A stretch of 64,000 nucleotides of DNA from Sphyrna mokarran (lineage: Eukaryota): positions 45,446,001-45,510,000 of the forward strand of contig JAGIQG010000016.1 of NCBI GenBank assembly GCA_024679065.1, in the 5' to 3' direction. A program made the translations under genes and the position numbers. This document shows, piece after piece, positions 1-12,934 of the stretch; position 1 is the stretch's first letter, and each line of letters starts with the position of its first letter. The notes below the pieces were generated by a model, which was not told the DNA's origin, did no database searches, and saw nothing but the letters and a program-made list of their open reading frames with translations.

Positions 1-329
1 CTAGCTACTTCAATCTTGATTAAAAGCATCACAAAGAACTGGATCGCTCACAGCTATTCCCCATGTATTTATATTTCAGATAATTGAGTGAAAAACATGA
101 AGAAATCATTATTATCCTTCCCAGTGAATCTATTGGATTTTCCAACATTATATTGAAGTTTATACAGGTAATGTCAGGGTGATAATTTAAATTAATTTCC
201 CTTTTAAATGTTTATGGATTACATTTTGGAATATTCTGCTGGAGTGCCAAATGCTTTTTGTGTCCCTAAGCTTCCTATGATTATTGTTGCTTAACAGATA
301 ATTTAATTTTACATCAGAATATGGAATAA

Positions 330-385
330 ATAATTTCATTGCAATGTTAATGTAAGCCTTACTTGTAACTAATAAATAAACCTTA
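330..385 (+). mobile_element. Isolated 3' tail of the alternative-tail (tail B) V-SINE
   Basis: taatttcattgcaatgttaatgtaagccttacttgtaactaataaataaacctt matches the tails of the SINEs at 4320-4611, 18893-19045 and 36975-37231. Confidence 0.6.
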
Positions 386-1411
386 AAGTAAAGTTAAGTG
401 GTTAACAAGGAAAAAGCTCAAAATATAAACAGAAATATTAATATCTGTGAATGTTTCAGCATGTCTTCATATCTTCAAGTAATTTGCAATGTCCATCAAG
501 TCAACATGTGAAATTAAATACTGGAACACAATGCTACTTTAATGGGCATATTTATTCCATTATTGTTGTCCAGGCTTCAATGCTCTTAATGAACATTCTT
601 ATTCACTTGATTATTAGCCCTGAGTTAAAAGTCAGGGAGACTTCCCCATGATGTTCTCTCAATTAAAATATCAAATTTATCAATGGTGTAATGTGGAAAT
701 GCACCTGGAATGACAGTTCTCAACCTTATTTTGCTTTGACTATAAAATCATCCAACACTTTTCATCTTAACCAGAGATTCTGCTGTAAAGAAAGTAGACA
801 TAGTAATTAATCAGAGAGCAAGATGTGATGTTGTCCAATAAAATAGTCTAACTGCCTGCACTAAGCTTTTACAGACAGAATGATCATTTGGGTAACAAAT
901 GCAAGGGAACAATTCCCCATATAAATCAGAATGGAAAATAAAGTAAAAGGAACGGTAGTTAGGCAGGTTTTTCATGACTTAGCAGATATTTAAAAATGGT
1001 GGCAGAACCTGGATGCAGAAGTCCAAGAATTATTTTTTTAGTAGATCTCACTTTTTTTCTGGTGGGGAATGGGAAGGCAATACATCACAAAGGCATAAGG
1101 CACAAATCTACTGCAGTTGAATTTAAACAGATTCCATTTTCGCTGTTCCAAGGGACACAATTTTATGGAGAAGACATAAACAATTATGAGGATGGATTTA
1201 AGATCTGTCTAAGTGTCCTGACTTGAAGGGATTTAAATTCCCAGCCCTTTAAAATTGAAAAAAAAAATCTGCAGTTTTCACTGGGGCAATAAAGGAGCAG
1301 AGACCTGCTACTGGAGTGCATTGTTTTATAGGCAATCTGGTAATACCTACAAACTCTAATATTATGAACTCCCATATTTAAGAATTTTATATCTACCAAG
1401 TTGTTACTCAC

Positions 1412-1481
1412 TGACGTCTCAAACTCCTATGCCTACCATCCAGGAATGTCTAGCATTTTATCATTATAAATGGACGTGAAT
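1412..1481 (-). other. Candidate 70-nt non-coding/UTR exon
   Basis: Minus strand reads ccctttttttattttcag|ATTCAC...GACGTCA|gtgagtaa; stops in all three frames. Confidence 0.4.
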
Positions 1482-2885
1482 CTGAAAATAAAAAAAGGGC
1501 AAGAATAGAAAGAACAGACCACTGCAAACAGGGTCCCCACTTCCTGAGATTTAAAGAAAAGATATCATGTATTTAACTGTATTATGTGTCATTTAAATAT
1601 CGTACGAGACTTCAATGTCAAAAAAATCCATTTGCATTACTAAAATATTGGAACTTAACTCTTCTAATTGAGTAGCCACAAGTTAATGAGTTATGGTCTG
1701 AATGGCATCAATGTGCTCACCATGGTCCTGTGTCTCTCATTTCTGGCGCTAGGTTATTGATAACACATCCTTTCAAAAGCTTGCAGCCTCTTAATGACCG
1801 CATGAATTAATAATGTACATCTGCATTTCCTTTGGAAAATTCTAATGGCTGTAATTTGCTACATTACTTTAACTACCATGTAACCTATACTATCTTACAT
1901 GTTAAGATTGGCAGATCAAACAGAAGGCTAATAATTAAACAGCACAAATTAAATCTTAATGCGTGGTCTGGAGTTCAGAATGTAATTCAAGGTGATTTTA
2001 GCTAATCTGGAAAGAAAGTTTAAAAAAAAAGTTTAATCAATGGGTTTAACAAAGTGAATATCTGCTCAAATAGCTCTGCAGCTTCAGATTTTGCTTTTTA
2101 GTCAAACTTATGATTTTATTCTATATTAAGGATCATCATTTTTTCTGGGTAGGCCATAAACCAATATTATGGATTACAGAATATAATGCTTCTGTCAATT
2201 TTAACAAAGCCTTGAAATCAGATCAACAGCAAATGTTTCAGGTGGTATGCCACATTCGTTTTGTTTTTCTCTATGTTACATCTTTGATTCTGTCTTCCTC
2301 ATCATTTACAATGCCATCACCACCAAACGTTCCTTAGAGTACCATATGGAATAAACAGGATAATATCAATCGAATCAGCATCTCCCTCCCACTACTACAA
2401 CCATTCTTCATATCTGCATTTGCTTTCATCATTATCAATTCGATCGGTTGGCACCACATTGCTGCTCCCTAAGCTGAACTGCAAGGATGGTACAGTTGCT
2501 TGAAGTGCTGGCTCCACGGTCCAGGTAGAACTCAGAGAGGTTTGGCTTTGTGCAAGAAGAGAGAGTCAGTACCAGCAGCCAAATGAATGGTCAGTATCCT
2601 AGCAACAAAGGAACCCATAACCTCCAAGCATTTGTTGCTGAACATGGGAGTAGAGGGGGAAGGAGACAGATGTTTAAGGAACAGGTTGGTAGTGAATAGA
2701 TAAAACAAAGTTTATATTTTCATTCCAGAATGATCCTGGAATAGTGTAAAGTTGGCAGAGGAAAACTTTGTCCTTATATTACTTGATATGGCAGAGCCAG
2801 ATCTGGCAACAATTGACAGCTGTATGTTAGATATATTAGGTTCTGCACCCCTTGACCTGAGGTAGTTGCAACTGAGAAACAACTA

Positions 2886-3097
2886 GGGTGGAAGACAATC
2901 GGAAGGATTTTCCGATCTCCCCGTTGCATGTTTTCTGGCAGAGAATGCGGCCTGCCATTGTCCGCAAGCAGGAAGTCTATGGTGTTTTGTGTGGCTCATC
3001 TGCCCTATTGTCATGGAACCTACCATGGCAGGGGGGGCGTTGGGGGGAGGCAGAAGTACAAGATCCTGACAGCAAGGAAGACTGGAAAATCTCACCC
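2886..3097. mobile_element. PIF/Harbinger-like non-autonomous element (MITE)
   Basis: GC-rich island with GG..GATTTTCC near the left end and GGAAAATCTCACCC at the right end, like the other MITEs in the window. Confidence 0.5.
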
Positions 3098-4319
3098 AGT
3101 ATGTTTTACTGGAGGCTAGGACATCAGAGGTAGACATGAAGGAGCGATTGAGTGGACAGACAGCTGCTGAGGCATTGTGGCAAATGGACAGCTGAAAGTT
3201 AGAGAGTCAAAAGTTTGAAAGTACATCCACTAGATCAATTTATGGGTTCTCAAAATCTTTATGTAAATACATGCCCAATCACAGTAGTTATCTGTTGAGT
3301 GTACTGAAACCTTCTTAGATCTATATGATCAGATAGGGGAAAGTGTAACAGTAAAATCAAATTCCCAAAATCCAACTCCTTAAGGATTTTAAATTACTAA
3401 GGGTCTAATCATATTCTCTTTACTACTTTATGTCACTGAGCCAAATTTAATGAAAAACAATAATCATTCATTGCAAATAAATTAGCAAAATGCTGTGAAA
3501 TTGCTGTAAATATAGCAATTTTATGACACTGCAACTAGGAATCTGACTTGAACAGAATACGTACCAACATTGTTTTTGCATTTAATGAAACAAAACAAAT
3601 AACCAGAAATAAACTCCTTCCTCAGAAATAAAGAATACCTCAATTTTAACATAATTTTAATTAAACATTGCCCTTTCTTTAATAACCCATGCACCATTTC
3701 CCAGTTAACTGTATACTTGTTACATGTTCACATATTTTTAACCTGATTCCTTAACCTATGTATGGATTTTTCAAACTAAATCACACTCCAATTCAGCCTC
3801 CGGGCTGCAAAAGTGCTCCTTGAATAAAACAGTTTTGAATAATATATATTTATCTCTTAGGACAGAAAAACTGTTCGATTATTTCAACAATACTTTTAAG
3901 CATTGCACAATATATTTCTGCCTTCGAAGTTGAATTCTATTCATTCAAATTAATATTTGATATTACATTTTGACTTTTATCATAAACATAGCTGCAGTCA
4001 CTGCAACACTGAGATCTATGGCATTATTCCTATGAAATAGATCGAAGGTTATTACCGATAACTGAACAAATAAAAACTATGCGAATGTGGATCCGGATTA
4101 AATGCCACTGTTGAATAATTGCTTACAGACTATGAATGACAAGGTTGCTTGTACTAAAGGAAAAACTAAATCTGGAACTGATTCAGAATGATATTATCAA
4201 TTAGAGTTTTGGCACAGTGAGATTACATTTGAGGAACTTGGGTGTGGAGGTCAGCTGGACCACAAATTCATTCTATGAACCTATCACTTTCTGTTTACTT
4301 CGCTAAAGTTTTTTTAAAG

Positions 4320-4611
4320 TTAAAATTTATACATTAGTGTCAACAGTTGCTTTATATTAACACTACAAGGAAGTTACTGTGAAAATCCTCTAGTCGCCAC
4401 ACTCTGGCACTGTTCGGGTAAATGGGAGGTGAATTTAGCATGACCAATGCACCCAACCAGCACATTTTCAAACAGAGAGGAAACCAGAGCATCCAGAGGA
4501 AACCCACAGAGTAGAACGTGCAGACTCTGCACAGACAGTGACCCTAGCTCAAAATCGAATCTGAGGCCCTGGCGCTGTGAGGCAGCACTGCTAACCACTA
4601 TGCTTCCGTGC
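4320..4611 (-). mobile_element. HE1-like V-SINE with alternative 3' tail (tail B)
   Basis: tRNA-like head (agtggttagcagtgctgcctcacagcgccagggcc...ttcgat), V-domain body, tail gtggcgactagaggattttcacagtaacttccttgtagtgttaat. Confidence 0.8.
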
Positions 4612-5347
4612 ATTATCATTAGAGAAAATAATGCTAAAAATTTTATTGAAATACATGCAACAACACTTTAGATGTAAATTCAAACTGACACATAGTATGA
4701 TGGCCTGTATCCAAATTTAGGTCTGTATTTTGTATTCATTGTGACATTTGTGCTTTGTGCTCATTCCTTCAAATCTGTACTCACTGATCCATACTCTGCA
4801 CCCATATCTTCACAGCTGCACTTGTATCAATGCCCCTCAATTTCTCAATGTGTACATATACATCTACTGTGCAATCACACACACACTAAAATTATTCTGA
4901 AACGTAACTAATGGTCTAATTCTCCGAAAGGTCAATATTTTTCAATTACTGCTGTTATAATGTAATATCCAGCATTGCACAGGAGTGCAGGCTTGTTTTT
5001 ACTGCATTAAAATTTGATTAAGTTCAAAAATCAAGGATACAAAAAGGGAGATTTTGCTTGTATTTAACCTTGAACATTCAGCTTCAAATTTGTGCCAGAA
5101 CAGCCCTGGTGAGTTAAAATTCATGTTGAATGCATGATTTCACCTGTATTATTGTTCAAACTGTCAACATTTGAAGAAAGCATTGCTCATGACATTATTT
5201 ACGGTAGACAAAACACAAACTTTATCATGGTCATGAAGTTGGAATGGAACAGAATCAAAGTAAGGTCTTCTTTACTGCGATTTGTTAAGTAGCTGCTATC
5301 TCTCAGCCTCCAGGCGCCTGTAATGATCTTGTGTAACGGTAAAGCCT

Positions 5348-5689
5348 TTAGACAGTCTCTGGTGAATAGTTCCTCAGATCATATCCTTCATACCAAGCCC
5401 AAAGCACAACGTTAATCATTTGGCGCCGTACACTACCAACGGGATTCTTCAAATTGACTGCCAATAAGCTGCAGCTGATTATTCTGCAAAAAGAAACATC
5501 ATCTTTCCCCATAAACTCACGCATCATGAACAGTGAAAGAATGAAATAAGCATCTGCATGCTCTGTAAAAAAGTTTGAATTATTCAGAAGGACTTCAAAG
5601 AAATGATCAAAGTCAATTCCAAAAAAATGTATGGGGTAATCTGGCCATTCTGCTGTGTTATTTCTTGGGGTGGAAGTGAATGTATGCAC
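5348..5689 (-). CDS. Probable terminal coding exon (113 aa) of an unidentified host gene
   Basis: Acceptor tttttggtagtttcctctgctgcag|GTG, phase 0; open frame VHTFTSTPRNNTAEWPDYPIHFFGIDFD...WYEGYDLRNYSPETV*; protein-like composition, non-repetitive, more CpG than the flanks. Confidence 0.75.
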   Translation of the reverse strand: MHTFTSTPRNNTAEWPDYPIHFFGIDFDHFFEVLLNNSNFFTEHADAYFILSLFMMREFMGKDDVSFCRIISCSLLAVNLKNPVGSVRRQMINVVLWAWYEGYDLRNYSPETV

Positions 5690-5749
5690 CTGCAGCAGAG
5701 GAAACTACCAAAAACAGGATGGCAAGCACTTGCAAAAACAAAAATTCAA

Positions 5750-5880
5750 AGAATTGTGGATGCTGGAAGTCTGAAATAAACTAAAACAAATTGCTGGAAG
5801 CACTCAGCTGGTAAAGCTGCATCAATAAGGGAGAGAAAAAAAACAAACCTAATGTACTCACTGTTTTGCATTTTTGGATT
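5750..5880 (+). repeat. Short dispersed shark repeat (gctggaagtctgaaataaa...gctggaagcactcagc)
   Basis: Similar degenerate copies at about 15880-15980 and 39520-39640. Confidence 0.45.
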
Positions 5881-6420
5881 CTAATCAATATAGGGATAAG
5901 GTTAATACAGGGATAAGTTGATTAATATAAGGACAGTTTTAGATACAAAGTCACTGATGGACATAGTACATTTTTAATATTAAAGATGAATTGGACAATT
6001 TCAAGGTTTTCCTTTAAAATCAGTCCTGTGAAAATAGCCAAACATCTGTTGATTGTAACATTTTAAAAAGGCTGCTTATTCCACTACCATCTTACATTCC
6101 CTGGAGGAATTGCAACTGAGAAATTGCTATTCTAGATCTTTAGATATTCTTCATAATAAATATAATTTGTATCCAATTTTCCCAGTGAGCAGGAAGAAAA
6201 CAATGCATCGAGGTGAGATCAACACTATTCTAAGTTTTTTTGATTAGCCCTCCTTGGCTCAGAGCAGTTACAGGGAATCACCACATAACTTTCTGTTCTT
6301 GCAAAGCTATAACAGTTGGATTAAATCAAAGTTTCATAAATTTAAATTTATAATGATCTTTCATACTTTTTATCCATACCACAGTACTCACAGCAAATTG
6401 TATACTAGACTATTTCTGTT

Positions 6421-6592
6421 GAGGTTACCTCATTGAATGTTTTTAAGGCAAGAATAGATACATCTAGGACTATAGCGAATGGGCCAGTAAGTGGAGTTGA
6501 GTCTACAAAAAGATCAGCCGTGATTTTATTGAATGGCGGAGCAGGCTCGAGGGGCCAGATGGTCTACTCCTGCTCCTAGTTCTTACGTTCTT
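6421..6592 (+). mobile_element. CR1 LINE 3' end fragment
   Basis: gatcagccgtgattttattgaatggcggagcaggctcgaggggccagatggtctactcctgctcctagttctta, the same 3' UTR as 27620-27713 and 24060-24147. Confidence 0.8.
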
Positions 6593-6753
6593 ATATCCCA
6601 ACACAGACCCTGCAGTTCAGCAATGCCTCCTGGAGGTTACCTCCCAGATCTTTCAGCAACGGTGAGAAGTTCTGTTTCAGTAAGACAGCTCGAGCAAGAT
6701 GATGGATGGAGGTGAATGGCTGGTGTTAGAAGCTGTGGGGTCCACAGTCTAAT

Positions 6754-7024
6754 GGGCATCATGGTGGTTAGCACTGCTGCCTCACCGTGTGAAGGTCCTG
6801 GGTTTAATTCTGGCCTCTGATGATTGTGTGGAGTTTGCACTTTCTCCTTGTGTCTGCGTGGGTTTCCTCCCTGTGCTCCAGTTTCCTCCCTCACTCCAAT
6901 AATGAACAGGTTAGGTGGTTGGCCATGCTAAATTGCCCCATAGGTTACCACGTTATGGGGTATGTCTGCATAATAGTGGGCTAAATGGACTAATACTGCA
7001 CTTTAGGGATTCACTGATTCTATG
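6754..7024 (+). mobile_element. HE1-like V-SINE
   Basis: tggtggttagcactgctgcctcac head, gtttcctccc V-domain, gattctatg tail. Confidence 0.85.
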
Positions 7025-7492
7025 TTCCAGTGCCATGAGAAAGTTACTGACTTTGTGCTCTGAAAGGGTAAGCTGCACCATGTAGTCACTGCAAACTGAC
7101 ACTCAAGGGCTTCAAGCAATGTAGATGTTAGATTGGCAAGGATGCCAGACAGCAGTTTAAGTTCCAGGTTCAAATGGAACATATGGACCAAATGTGTGGG
7201 AGTCAGTTCAAGCTGTTGTATCTGTTGCAGAACAGTGTCCATGGATCACATACTAGTGACTGCACAGTAAATCTTAGGCCTGCATATTCAGACAGGGTTA
7301 TCTATTGAGATAACATGCAAGCTTTCTGTCTGCCTACAGGGCAAAGGACTGCATAACACAAGGGAGCTCTCAAAACCGGTGACAGTGTACCTGAACTCCA
7401 CATAATGACCCCTGCTGAACAAGGGGCTACAGAAACAACAGGGGAAGGTGGACCTTCTGCATTAACAGACAGGCTGGAGTCTTAAAGCATCA

Positions 7493-8039
7493 CGGAACAG
7501 CACAGTGGTTAGCACTGCTGCCTCACAGCACCAGGGTTCCATTCCGACCTCAAGTCACTATCTGTGTGGAGTCTGCATTTTCTCCTTATGTCTGGGCGTG
7601 TTTCCTCCCACAGTCCAAAGATTTGTGGGTTAGGTTGAGCTGTCTTCACTTCAAAAGATGTTTTGACTGTGCCAATTGCAACCTTAAACCCTTGACTGCA
7701 ATCTTAAAGCAAGACTAGGAGGGCACTGGAGGTGGCTGTCGTGATTAACTAAATGCCAGTATATCCAATGGGGATTATGGAGGCGTGACTAGCATCAGTG
7801 AAGTGTGAGAGCTTGAGGGAACATATGAACTAAAGGGTCAAGTACTTTCTTGGTAGATGGGTGATGGAGCAAAGTGAAGTTAGCAATGAGTAAAGCTATG
7901 CCAGTTGTCTTGACAACTCATGTCACATGTTTAATTGACATGATAAATTGACCCTAGTGTCAGGGGGATTAGGGTAAACACGTGGGGTTATGGGATTAGA
8001 ATCTGGGTAGAATGTGGCCGGCACAAACTCGATGGGTCG
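7493..8039 (+). mobile_element. HE1-like V-SINE split by a ~290-bp insertion (7639-7934)
   Basis: Head to ...gggttaggttga at 7638; resumes at ttgacatgataaattgaccctagtgtcaggggg at 7935. Confidence 0.85.
7641..7934 (+). repeat. Direct duplicate of 12037-12308
   Basis: Shared blocks aagactaggagggcactggaggtggctgtc, gccagtatatccaatgggga and gccagttgtcttgacaactcatgtcacatgtttaa. Confidence 0.9.
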
Positions 8040-8825
8040 CTTCCATGAATATGAGGTTTTCAACCTGCTTGAGGACTGGACAAATAGGAGATATGTGCAA
8101 TACATGGTAGCAAAGAGATTGAGCAAAACCATAAGCTGACTCTGTGTGTTTGTGTATTCCCTCCTGCAGGTTCTCACAGAGTGAAGAAACAACTGAGCCA
8201 GTTTGCAGCAATCCTGACCTCTATCTCCGAGGACGATTCCACTGACCACTCAGAGGATGCACTGCCACATCACTCCCTCACACCCTCCACTAGTGCAGAG
8301 GCAATCTTATCGATAGGTACACATTCATGATTAAAATGGGGGAGGGGAGGTTGCAATCTGGTGAGTACATCAGACACATTCCTGCAGCTATGCAAGTCGT
8401 GACATCCAAAGTTCCTGACAGTCAAGCGCTACAGGAGACCAAATGGAGGTTAAGCCCCATGCCGATGGTGTCTTTCTGTTAATCCTGATAGAGATATAGT
8501 GACAGACATGGGAACATCTGGTGGAAATGTCAGAGGCCATGCAAAAACTTAAGAGAAAGTTACAGAGTAGTGTGTTCAGGTTTAGAGTGTGTTGTCATGG
8601 TTCCAACATCTGTGTGCTTGGCTTTCTTCATGGAAAGATTGGCAATAGTCAGATCCAACTCTCTATGGTGGTTTTTCCACCACTCTGCTCATGGTCCATA
8701 CACAATGGTAGCTAGCAAGCCACCTTCCTCCTTCCTCTTTTCCTCTGGCTTCAAGAAGGTGCCAACACATAGGGAAGAGCAGTCAGCAAGCCTTCCTAGG
8801 GCATCACCTCGGAATACAACAAGGT

Positions 8826-10828
8826 TAGAACATAGAACATAACAGCATAGAACAGGCCCTTCGGCCCTCGATATTGCGCCGACCAATTAGGAAAAAGCAA
8901 TGACTGTCCAAACTAAACCATTCCCTTTTCGTCCATAAACTTATCTACTAACCTCTTAAACACCACCAAACTTGGCGCATCTACAACTGCAACAGGCAGG
9001 GCATTCCATACCCTAACCACCCTCTGGGTAAAGAACCTACCTCTGATATCCGTCCTATAACTACCACCCCTTAATTTAAAGCTATGTCCCCTCGTGCTAG
9101 CTTTCTCCATCCTAGGAAAAAGGCTATTACTGTCCACCCTATCTAAACCTCTAATCATCTTATATGTTTCAATAAGGTCTCCTCTTAGCCGCCTTCTTTC
9201 TAACGAAAACAACCTCAAATCCCTCAGCCTCTACTCATAAGACCTGCCCTCCATACCAGGCAACATCCTGGTAAACCTCCTCTGTACCCTCTCCAATGCC
9301 TCCACATCTTTCTTATAATGCGGGGACCAGAACTGCACACAATACTCCAAGTGCGGCCGCACTAGAGTTTTGTACAGTTGCAACATGACGTTGCGGCTCC
9401 GAAATTCAATCCCCCTACCAATAAAAGCTAAGACTCCATATGCCTTCTTAACAACCTTATCGACTTGATTGCCAACTTTCAGGATCTATGCACATATACA
9501 CCAAGATCCCTCTGTTCATCAACACTATTAAGAGTCCTACCATTAGCCCTATACTCTACACATTTGTTATTCCTGCCAAAGTGAATTACCTCACACTTTT
9601 CCACATTAAACTCCATTTGCCACCTCTCGGCCCAGCTCTGCAACTTGTCCAAGTCTCTCTGCAAACTATAACACCCTCTTCACTATCTACCACTCCTCCG
9701 ACTTTGGTGTCATCCGCAAATTTACTAATCCATCCTTCAATACCCTCATCCAGATCATTTATAAAAATTACAAACAGCAGGGGCCCCAAAACAGATCCCT
9801 GAGGTACACCACTTGTAACCGAACTCCATGATGAATAATTTCCATCAACCACCACCCTCTGTCTTCTATCAGCTAGCCAATTCCTAATCCAATTAGCTAA
9901 ATCACCCTCAATCCCATACATCTGTATTTTCTGCAGAAGCCTTCCATGGGGCACCTTATCGAACGCCTTACTAAAGTCCATATATACCACATCAACTGCC
10001 TTACCCCCATCCACCTCTTTGGTCACTTTTTCAAAAAACTCAATAAGGTTAGTAAGGCACGACCTACCCTTCACAAAACCATGCTGACTATCCCCAATCA
10101 ATTCATTTCTCTCTAAATAACTATAAATCCTATCCCTAATAATTCTCTCCAATACTTTGCCCACAACAGAAGTAAGACTCACCGGCCTATAATTCCCTGG
10201 AAAGTCTCTATTTCCCTTCTTGAACAATGGGACCACATTCGCTATCCTCCAGTCTTCCGGCACTATACCCATAGCCAACGACGACTTGAACATCAGAGCC
10301 AGAGGCTCTGCAATCGCCTCTCTCACCTCCCAGAGAATCCTAGGGTAAATCCCGTCCGGCCCAGGGGACTTATCTAACTTCAAACCCTCAAGAATATCTA
10401 GCACATCCTCCTTATCTACTTCAATAATTTCCAGTTTGCAACCCTGTATCCCAGTGTTCTCCACAACTACATTTACATCTCCCTGCGTGAATACCGAAGA
10501 GAAATATTTGTTCAGTGCCTCTCCAATCTCTTCAGGCTCCACGCACAACTTCCCACTGCTGTCTATGACTGGCCCTAATCTTGCCCTAACCAATCTTCTA
10601 TTCTTAACATACCTAAAGAAAGCTTTAGGATTCTCCTTAATCCTATCAGCCAAAGTCTTCTCGTGTCCCCTCTTAGCTCTCCTCAACTCACTCTTTAGCT
10701 CCCTCCTGGCTAATCTATAGCTATCCATTGCACTAACCGAGCCTTCAAGCCTCGTCCTGACATAAGCCTCCTTTTTCCTTTTAACCAGCGAATTAACTTT
10801 TTTAGTACACCATGGTTCCCTTACTCGT
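8826..10828 (-). mobile_element. Young 5'-truncated CR1 LINE (copy A); ORF2 reverse transcriptase broken by two 1-bp deletions
   Basis: ORF 9586-10728 with [37 protein letters not shown] and FADD; C-terminal ORF 8913-9218; (GTTCTAT)n tail and GGCC-GAAG-GGCC stem-loop. Confidence 0.97.
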
Positions 10829-12036
10829 TAACTGTTGCACATCCTCCCCTCTGCCAGTGACCCAGATGCCTCCAGCAGAAGAAGCCAAGGAGCATGAATC
10901 CAGAGTTTCCTAGGCCCTGGACCACCTGAGCTAGCAGCCACTGACATGTCAGGCAATAGGGCAAGGTACTTAAACAGACTACCTCCACCTCAACCGCAAA
11001 TGTACCAAAGCTTCATGGAAGAAATCACAGACTCAAAAAATGATAATAGTTTAAAAGTGGCACAGACATCTAACGTTTCATGGATGTGTTTAGTTATGTT
11101 TAAATATATAATTTGAAAAACTTCATTGGATGTTCATGATTTTTGGAGCTTTGTTAACTGATGGGAGCTTTTCAGGGCTGGGACCTGATTAATGATGAGT
11201 GATGCAGGATAGGGAAACATCATTTATTGTGAGGTCTCAGAAGTACTGACACCGTGGAGTCTCTTGACATGATCATTTTCTATCTTTGTCACTGCTTACT
11301 GGTTTAGATGTTTGGTACCAGGCTGGCCAGCAGCATGTGGTGCTCACACTCTCACTATCCATCACAGACTGTTGTCTCATCATCATCGCAGTTAAAGCAT
11401 TCCACTGTAGCTTGCGCCCAGATCAAATTTCATCCCACCATCAGGAAATGACATTTTGGCTCTTGCCTAATTAAACCCTCCTGGCTACCACATTTCCCAT
11501 TAAATTCTGCTCATGTATACTTCAGATGTAAAGTGTGCAGGAGGCCATCTTGATGAAGGAGTTTACATGGTGTGTCCTTGTAACAATCAACTGCGTGCAG
11601 AGTGGGCAGATTATGATGCCAGTTGGCATGCAAGGCTGAACACAGGAATAAATGAAGAATTCTGTGCCAGTGTTATTTAAAGTGGTCATGAACTAGTTAC
11701 AGGTTAGTTGCTAGATTATTTCCTTTGGCTTCTAGTGCAATTCTCAGCTTTCCTGTATTTATCTAAACTTCTAATAGTTTCCGAGAGCAGTTTGGTTGGT
11801 GCTAAAAACTTCACAGTTCATGTAAAATCATGTGCTGTTGCTTCCAAAAGTCAACGGCCTGGTAGGCCTTCCTCTGGAAACTGAGCATAACTGGGAGAAT
11901 GAAGAGAGACCATGTGATGCAGGACAAGTTGTGACGGGAGGGGGAAGAAGAGCTCTCAGCAGCAGAAACCCATGTCCACCAAACATCTTCAGGGAGCAAT
12001 TCTCTTCCTTTAACTTCAGTGAGGGCTAACATGAGA

Positions 12037-12308
12037 TGTCTTCATTTGAAAAGAAGTTTTGACTGTGCTACAGCCTTGATTGTAACCTTAAAGTAAGACT
12101 AGGAGGGCACTGGAGGTGGCTGTCATGATTTAAATAAACGCCAGTATATCCAATGGGGACTATGGAGGTGTGTCTAGCATCAGTGCGAAGTGTGAGAACT
12201 GAACTGACAGGTCAAGTGCTTTCTTGGTGGATGGGTGATGGGGCATAGTGAAGTGAGCAATGGGAAAGGCTACGCCAGTTGTCTTGACAACTCATGTCAC
12301 ATGTTTAA
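12037..12308 (+). repeat. Direct duplicate of 7641-7934 (probable donor)
   Basis: See 7641-7934. Confidence 0.9.
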
Positions 12309-12934
12309 ACTTCTTGTATTGCATTCTAGTTCTTGGAACAAAATCCCTGCCATTAAATTGCGCTGATATTTCTTTTCAATGATTCTAAGCAACTGGCTGA
12401 AGGTCTTTGTAACTATGCCCTCAGCTCCCCACCTGACATTTGACCCCTATGGATGCAAGGTGGATTTCCACAATTTGCACCAAAACTTCCAACACATTGC
12501 CAGAAATCATTGATGCTTGAGCTCACGCACTTTCAGCCATTCCTCAAAGTATCATAAGCCAGATTCACTGCTCAAAATAAATTGCCACAATATACCATCC
12601 CTTTGAGTGGTGTGCATTGGCTTTCAGAAGTGCAATGCACTTGCGGTACAAGCAGCCAAGAAACAGCACAAGTAGTGCTGGCTGCATGCAGAAATCATTT
12701 AGGAAAACAGCCAACACTAAAAAACATGCGGTGTTGCAAAAGAACGAACAGAATGGATTAATACCACACCACAATCCCTCGGACTGTACTTGGAGTTGGT
12801 CAATTCAAATTCTGGTATTTCTACAGAAGGTTCGCAGATGTATCAGTGAGCAACCAACTCTATTTCCTCAGTAACGTTAATGTTGAGCCTTCCAAATTTG
12901 TGCGGAAAAGCAATCACTTCTGATGCCAAAGAAG

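Larger units (their letters stand above)
8100..12352. mobile_element. Degenerate PIF/Harbinger-like DNA transposon region, interrupted by a CR1
   Basis: 11935-12025 translates GGGRRALSSRNPCPPNIFREQFSSFNFSE, resembling the N-terminus of HARBI1-type transposases; GC-richer pseudo-coding sequence on both sides of the CR1; TIR-like aaaatccctgcc at about 12340. Confidence 0.4.

Noticed and set aside
9488-10720. Plus-strand ORFs overlapping CR1 copy A
   Set aside because: They are antisense shadows of the RT frame.
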